Shown: one piece after another, positions 54,649 through 59,512 of the stretch
Layout of the letters: each line of letters opens with the position of its first letter
How positions within the stretch are numbered: the first letter of the stretch is position 1
Assembly: GCA_910586865.1 (NCBI GenBank)
Contig: CAJUIY010000003.1
Span: 1 to 59,512, forward strand
Direction: 5' to 3'
Origin: an uncultured Bacilli bacterium
GTDB lineage: Bacteria > Bacillota_I > Bacilli_A > RF39 > UBA660
Length of the DNA: 59,512 nucleotides
Translations under genes and position numbers: made by a program
The notes under the pieces: model-generated
Databases searched by the model: none
What the model was told of the DNA's origin: nothing
The model's input: the letters and a program-made list of their open reading frames with translations, nothing else

Positions 54649-57627
54649 CTATAGTACTTCTACTTTTTGATCTAATTTTACACTTACTAGTTTTGATACG
54701 CCAGACTCTTGCATCGTAATACCATATAAAGTATCAGCAAATTCCATAGTCTTTTTCTTATGCGTAATAATTAAAAACTGCGTTTTATCTCGATAATTGT
54801 TTAAGTATTTTCCAAAAGAGTCAACATTTGCTTCATCTAGTGCCGCTTCTACTTCATCAAAAATACAAAATGGTACCGTCTTTATATTTAAAATAGCAAA
54901 TAATAAACTAATTGCCGTAAACGTTTTTTCTCCTCCAGATAATAAAGAAATTGTCGTTAATTTCTTACCAGGAGGGCTGGCAACAATTTCAACACCAGTA
55001 GTTAACATATCATCTGGATTCGTTAATTCAAGTGAAGCATTTCCTCCTTTAAATAATTCCTTAAAGACATTTTTAAATTCTTCTTTGATTTTTTCGAAAG
55101 TGTTTTTAAATTCTTCAATCATAACAGCATCCATCTCATTCATAATATCAAGAAGTGTATTAGAAGCATTTAAAAGATCCTGCCTTTGTCCTATTAAAAA
55201 CTCATACCGTTTATTTACTCGTTCAAACTCTTCAATGGAATCTAAATTGACCATTCCAATTCTTTTAATATTATTCTTATAAAGTTGTACCTCACTGCGG
55301 GCCTCTTCCACCTCTTTTTCTAAAAAGTATTCCTCTTTTGCTCGTTCATAAGTCATCGAATATTCCTCACTTAACGTTTGAAGCATGGTATCTAGTTTTA
55401 CCTCACATTTGGTAATCGAAATTGTCATATTTTGAGACTCTTTTTCTAAGTCTCTTAGCTTCAAATTCTTTAATTTATAATCCGCGTTATTTCTCTCAAT
55501 CGTATCTTTTAAAGATTCTACTTCTTTGGATAAGTTTTGATAATCCAAAATTAACTTTTCCTTCTCTAAATTCTTTTCATTATATCTACTAATCAACTCT
55601 TCTTCTACCTTCGAAAAGTTATTATTTTGTAAATTTTGATAAGAACCGATTTCTTTTTCCACTTCTTCTAACTTTTTTAATAACGCATTTAGATTATTCT
55701 CTTTTGTTGTTAATTTTTCATCTTCTAATACTTTATTTCTTGCTAGTTGCAAATACTCATTGTTAATTTTTTCTATTTCCTGCGTAATATTTTCTATTTT
55801 TTCTTCTGTTCGTTTTAAATCACTCTGATTTTCTTTTATTTTTCTCTCCTGTTCCTTAAAAGACTGCTTGATGGAAATTAAACTTTTACTTTGATAAGAA
55901 GAACCTCCAGATAGAGAACCTCCTACATGAACAACATCTCCGTCTAAGGTAACAATCTTGTACCTTTTTTTTATCTTTCTACTCAATCGATTGGCTGCTT
56001 GTAAATTCGAAGAAAGCAGAACACATCCCAATTGATTATAAATAACATTTTCATAACGTTTATCAAAGGAAGTAATATCGGCAACCACACCAAGAAAATC
56101 AGTATCTTCCTTTATGTTATTTAAAGTATCGGAATCGATATATCTTTTTTGAATTACAGATAAAGGAAAAAAAGTAGCTCTTCCTAACTTATAATCTTTC
56201 AAATAGTTGACAGCTACAACCGCAGAATTCTCATCCTCTGTAATAATAAAGTTTTTACAAGAAGAAATCGCAACCTTTAATGCTTTTACATACTTCTCCT
56301 CTATTTCTAATACACTACCAATCGTTGCCCAAATACCAGATAAGTTCTTAGCAGATAATACTTGTTTCACACTATTTGGAACATTGCCAAAGGAATCCAT
56401 CTCCATTTGTAAAGAATTCATAGTATGTTCTATACTAATTCTATCACGGTCCAGTTTCGAAAACTCTAACTGCTCCATATTTTTCTGTTCGGTTAGTTTT
56501 TTCATTTCTTCTTTCTTATTCTCTTGTTCTTCTTCTAATTTAGAAACAATTTTAAAACATTCCTTCTTCTCTACTTTTAATAATTCGGTATCTTTTTCTA
56601 AGGTACCTTTTTGTTCGAATAGTACTCTTAATTTTTCAGAATAATCATCTCTAGTAGAATTTTCATTTCTCTCCCTTAATAGATTTTTTTCTCCATTTAA
56701 CTTCTCTACTTCTTCAGTTACTTCTAAAAGTCTTTGATTCATCTCTCCTAATCTTTCTTCATAATTCTCCAATTTTTTTTGTTCTAACAAAGTTTGAGCA
56801 TCATTTTTAGAAGAGCTAGAGGCTAATTCTGTAATTTCTGCATTTAAGGTTTTCTTCTTTTTTTCATACATTTCTTTTTGATTATGGTATTCTTCAATAT
56901 CATGTGCTAAAAGAGCAATTTCTAAGTCCGTTAATTTTTCTTTATTTTCTAAATATTCTTTTGCTTTTATGCTCTGCTCCCTTAAAGGTTCTACTTGATT
57001 TTCTAGTTCGGTAATAATATCATTAACACGTTCTATATTGGTATGAGTATGATCTAGTTTTCTTAAAGCTTCATTCTTTCTAGTTTTATATTTCAAAATA
57101 CCTGCCGCCTCTTCAAAAATTATTCTTCTATCCATTGGAGAACTACTTAATATTCTATCTACTTCTCCTTGTGAGATAATATTAAACGATTCTTTTCCAA
57201 CACCACTATCTAGTAACAAATTAATAATGTCTTTCAGTCTGCATCTTTCATTATTTAAGTAGTATTCATTCTCACCACTTCGATAAACTTTTCTTTTAAT
57301 TGAAATATCCGTATATGGAACATTTATATAATGATCACTATTATCAAAAATAAGTTCAATTGATGCCATATTTAAAGGCTTTCTACTTTTACTTCCAGAA
57401 AAGATTACATCCGACATGGCTCCATCTCCACGAAGGGATTTGACCGACTGTTCTCCCAGTACCCAACGAACCGCATCTACAATATTACTTTTTCCAGATC
57501 CATTAGGACCAACAATACATGTTATTTTATTATCTAAATTTATATTCAATTTATCTGCGAAAGATTTAAACCCACTCGCAACAATCTCTTTTAAATACAT
57601 CAACATCACCCTATTCACTTTTCCCAT
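54649..57627 (-). CDS. smc: chromosome segregation protein SMC (compact, about 983 aa)
   Basis: N-terminal Walker A GPNGSGKSN, long coiled coils, hinge (GIWATIGSVLEI...GRATFFPL), C-terminal LSGGEKT and Walker B FCIFDEVEAALD. The likely true start is ATG at 57600 (MYLKEI). Confidence 0.95.
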   Translation of the reverse strand: MGKVNRVMLMYLKEIVASGFKSFADKLNINLDNKITCIVGPNGSGKSNIVDAVRWVLGEQSVKSLRGDGAMSDVIFSGSKSRKPLNMASIELIFDNSDHYINVPYTDISIKRKVYRSGENEYYLNNERCRLKDIINLLLDSGVGKESFNIISQGEVDRILSSSPMDRRIIFEEAAGILKYKTRKNEALRKLDHTHTNIERVNDIITELENQVEPLREQSIKAKEYLENKEKLTDLEIALLAHDIEEYHNQKEMYEKKKKTLNAEITELASSSSKNDAQTLLEQKKLENYEERLGEMNQRLLEVTEEVEKLNGEKNLLRERNENSTRDDYSEKLRVLFEQKGTLEKDTELLKVEKKECFKIVSKLEEEQENKKEEMKKLTEQKNMEQLEFSKLDRDRISIEHTMNSLQMEMDSFGNVPNSVKQVLSAKNLSGIWATIGSVLEIEEKYVKALKVAISSCKNFIITEDENSAVVAVNYLKDYKLGRATFFPLSVIQKRYIDSDTLNNIKEDTDFLGVVADITSFDKRYENVIYNQLGCVLLSSNLQAANRLSRKIKKRYKIVTLDGDVVHVGGSLSGGSSYQSKSLISIKQSFKEQERKIKENQSDLKRTEEKIENITQEIEKINNEYLQLARNKVLEDEKLTTKENNLNALLKKLEEVEKEIGSYQNLQNNNFSKVEEELISRYNEKNLEKEKLILDYQNLSKEVESLKDTIERNNADYKLKNLKLRDLEKESQNMTISITKCEVKLDTMLQTLSEEYSMTYERAKEEYFLEKEVEEARSEVQLYKNNIKRIGMVNLDSIEEFERVNKRYEFLIGQRQDLLNASNTLLDIMNEMDAVMIEEFKNTFEKIKEEFKNVFKELFKGGNASLELTNPDDMLTTGVEIVASPPGKKLTTISLLSGGEKTFTAISLLFAILNIKTVPFCIFDEVEAALDEANVDSFGKYLNNYRDKTQFLIITHKKKTMEFADTLYGITMQESGVSKLVSVKLDQKVEVL

Positions 57628-57871
57628 TATACTATATTTTTTTTAGGGTTTCAATAACAGAATGAAAGGAATTCTCTTCTTCTCTTACATACAAAATTTA
57701 GATTTAACTTTAGGACTGATATATTCCAAAGTCTTATTTTATTAGTAAGAATGCAATAAATGAGTATTTCGATAGAAATAATAGGAACAGGCAATTTTTA
57801 TAGTCATTATGTTTCACACAACCATCTCAAAAAAATAGTTCTAACCGATAAAGCTAAAAAGTAGTAAAAAT

Positions 57872-57909
57872 AAAACTGATATTTATAAATATAACTATTT
57901 ATCAGTTTT
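57872..57909 (-). terminator. probable terminator downstream of the PGM/PMM gene
   Basis: 10-bp perfect stem AAAACTGATA / TATCAGTTTT with an 18-nt loop, followed by ATTTTT on the minus strand. Confidence 0.45.
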
Positions 57910-57986
57910 TGGTTTCATTTTATCAAATATCAGTAATAGTTTTTTTAGTACACTCACACTTTTTATTATAGTAACACGTCTACTCC

Positions 57987-59360
57987 TTATTGATTCCACT
58001 TTTCCATCAGTGTTAAAAATTCTCTTTGAATTTCTTCTAATCTTTCTTTGGTTCTTGCCTCAAATCTAGCGGTTAAATTAGGACCTGTATTGGATGCTCT
58101 AACAAGTGCCCAACTATCCTCAAATAATACTTTAGCACCATCTATTTCTAATACTTCATAGCCTTTTTCTTTCGCATATTCTAAAACTTTTTCTACTATG
58201 CCAAATTTGATATCATCATTTGACTTAAATTTCAGCTCCTCCGTTGCATAGTACCGATTGATTCCTTCTAATAATTGATCCACTGTCTTATTGGTATGAG
58301 ATAAAATTTCTAGCATTCGAAGTCCTGCATATAATCCACTATCAAAGCCTAACCAACGATCTCTAAAGTAAACATGACCAGATAATTCTCCACCAAATGG
58401 TAAATCAGCGTCTCTTACTTTTGCTTTGGTATAAGAGTTTCCTGTACGATAACAAATAGAGGTTCCACCTAATTTTTCAATTTCGTCACTTAAGGATTTG
58501 GAACATTTTACATCATATAAAAACTCTTTTTTGGATACCTTATGGATGATATCTCGAATCACAATAATCATAAAATAGTCCGTTGGAATAAAGGTAGCAC
58601 TGTTAGAAACCATTCCCATTCTATCTCCATCTCCATCAAAAGATAGTCCGATATCTGCCTGTTCTTCTATCACTTTTTTCTTTAGCTGCTCTAAGTTATC
58701 CTCTACACATGGATCGGGATGATGATTTGGAAAGTTGCCATCACTTACGTCATTAATTGTTATAATATCAATAGGAAAAAGACTATATAATTCTTTCATA
58801 ATAATACTAGAAGTGCCATTCCCAGGATCTAACACCACTTTTACTCTTCTAGAGCCAAAATGTAAATTACTTTTAAATAATTCTACGTATTCATCATGGA
58901 TATCATATTCACGTACCTCCCCTTCTCCTTTTAGAAATTCTTTCTTTAATATATAAGCTAAAAAGTCTTGAATCTCTTGTCCTTTACAATTACCAGATTC
59001 ATCAAACGCAAATTTAAACCCATTATCGTCTTTCGGATTATGACTAGCAGTAACCATGACCCCACTATATATTTTTAACTTCAAACAAGCATAATAATAC
59101 ATGGGTGTGGTACAAAGTCCTAAACTTATAATGTGAATACCTGTACTTTTAATTCCTTCTATTAAAGCATGATATAACTTATCACTAGATAGCCGATTAT
59201 CATGACCAACAATACATTCTACTTTTCCAATACTTCTAATGTAACTACCAAACCCAAGTCCTATCGTATAAGCTGTATCTTCATCAATCTCATTTGGATA
59301 AACTCCTCTAATATCATATCCTCTAAATATATTTTTATTGATATTTTCTTTATATTTCAT
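57987..59360 (-). CDS. phosphoglucomutase/phosphomannomutase-family alpha-D-phosphohexomutase (457 aa)
   Basis: Active-site TASHNP, metal-binding DGDGDR and sugar-binding GELSGH motifs. Confidence 0.85.
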   Translation of the reverse strand: MKYKENINKNIFRGYDIRGVYPNEIDEDTAYTIGLGFGSYIRSIGKVECIVGHDNRLSSDKLYHALIEGIKSTGIHIISLGLCTTPMYYYACLKLKIYSGVMVTASHNPKDDNGFKFAFDESGNCKGQEIQDFLAYILKKEFLKGEGEVREYDIHDEYVELFKSNLHFGSRRVKVVLDPGNGTSSIIMKELYSLFPIDIITINDVSDGNFPNHHPDPCVEDNLEQLKKKVIEEQADIGLSFDGDGDRMGMVSNSATFIPTDYFMIIVIRDIIHKVSKKEFLYDVKCSKSLSDEIEKLGGTSICYRTGNSYTKAKVRDADLPFGGELSGHVYFRDRWLGFDSGLYAGLRMLEILSHTNKTVDQLLEGINRYYATEELKFKSNDDIKFGIVEKVLEYAKEKGYEVLEIDGAKVLFEDSWALVRASNTGPNLTARFEARTKERLEEIQREFLTLMEKWNQ

Positions 59361-59512
59361 TTCATACCTCCTACTAGAAAATCATTCTTTATCCTTTCTA
59401 ATCTACTTAAAATTCTATCATAAATAGTCGAACATGAAAACTATTATTTTTAAATTGACAGGATAAAATCATAAACACTGAATATTAAGATGAAACGCAT
59501 CTATGATAGAAT

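Noticed and set aside
57628-57871. A non-coding stretch of about 245 nt between the PGM/PMM terminator and smc, as a possible small RNA or riboswitch.
   Set aside because: I could find no convincing conserved structure, terminator-antiterminator pair or RBS-associated small ORF. It is most simply the smc promoter region. It would need covariance-model scanning to say more.

Overview
AT-rich Bacillota (Firmicutes) chromosomal window, about 90% coding and almost all on the minus strand. The standard genetic code applies, since TGA is used as a stop (for example the ATGA overlap at 21186-21189). All calls come from reading the supplied ORF translations and the DNA by eye; no searches or computations were run, and identities and spacings are hand counts.

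Housekeeping backbone:
- DNA repair and chromosome genes: helD-like helicase, addA/addB, mutM, polA, lexA, ftsK and smc.
- Translation-related genes: gltX, yceD-rpmF, tmcAL (ylbM) and tgt.
- Metabolic genes: gmk, pyk, deoD and a PGM/PMM-family mutase.
- An M16 peptidase pair.
- Two tRNAs, Glu-CUC and Gln-CUG.
- SMC (about 983 aa), AddA (1036 aa) and AddB (776 aa) are compact. This suggests an Erysipelotrichia-like, Mollicutes-related lineage (inference only).

Accessory and envelope-stress region, about 1.2-22 kb:
- A TetR-controlled heterodimeric ABC exporter. One subunit carries a large extracytoplasmic insertion, and a membrane zinc-ribbon protein sits in the same operon.
- A secreted CAP-domain protein.
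- A LanFEG/BcrA-like ABC-2 cassette of about 3.8 kb, headed by an unrecognisable Sec-secreted beta-rich 134-aa protein. About 230 bp of diverged direct duplication of the local gene junction brackets the cassette.
- A Bce-type peptide-antibiotic module: small ORF, bceA, bceB, a TVP38/DedA-like gene, response regulator and histidine kinase. Two unknown genes extend the operon.
- A pspC / liaF-like / DUF4097 operon. The DUF4097 protein ends in an EF-Tu domain-2-like barrel.

Strongest candidates for something undescribed:
- The duplication-flanked secreted-protein plus ABC-2 cassette (9.4-13.2 kb).
- The extended Bce operon.
- An unannotated 51-aa single-TM ORF, divergent from lexA and driven by a consensus promoter with a Cheo-type LexA box in its spacer. 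It is a candidate SOS cell-division inhibitor.

No CRISPR array, rRNA, transposase or integrase was seen.
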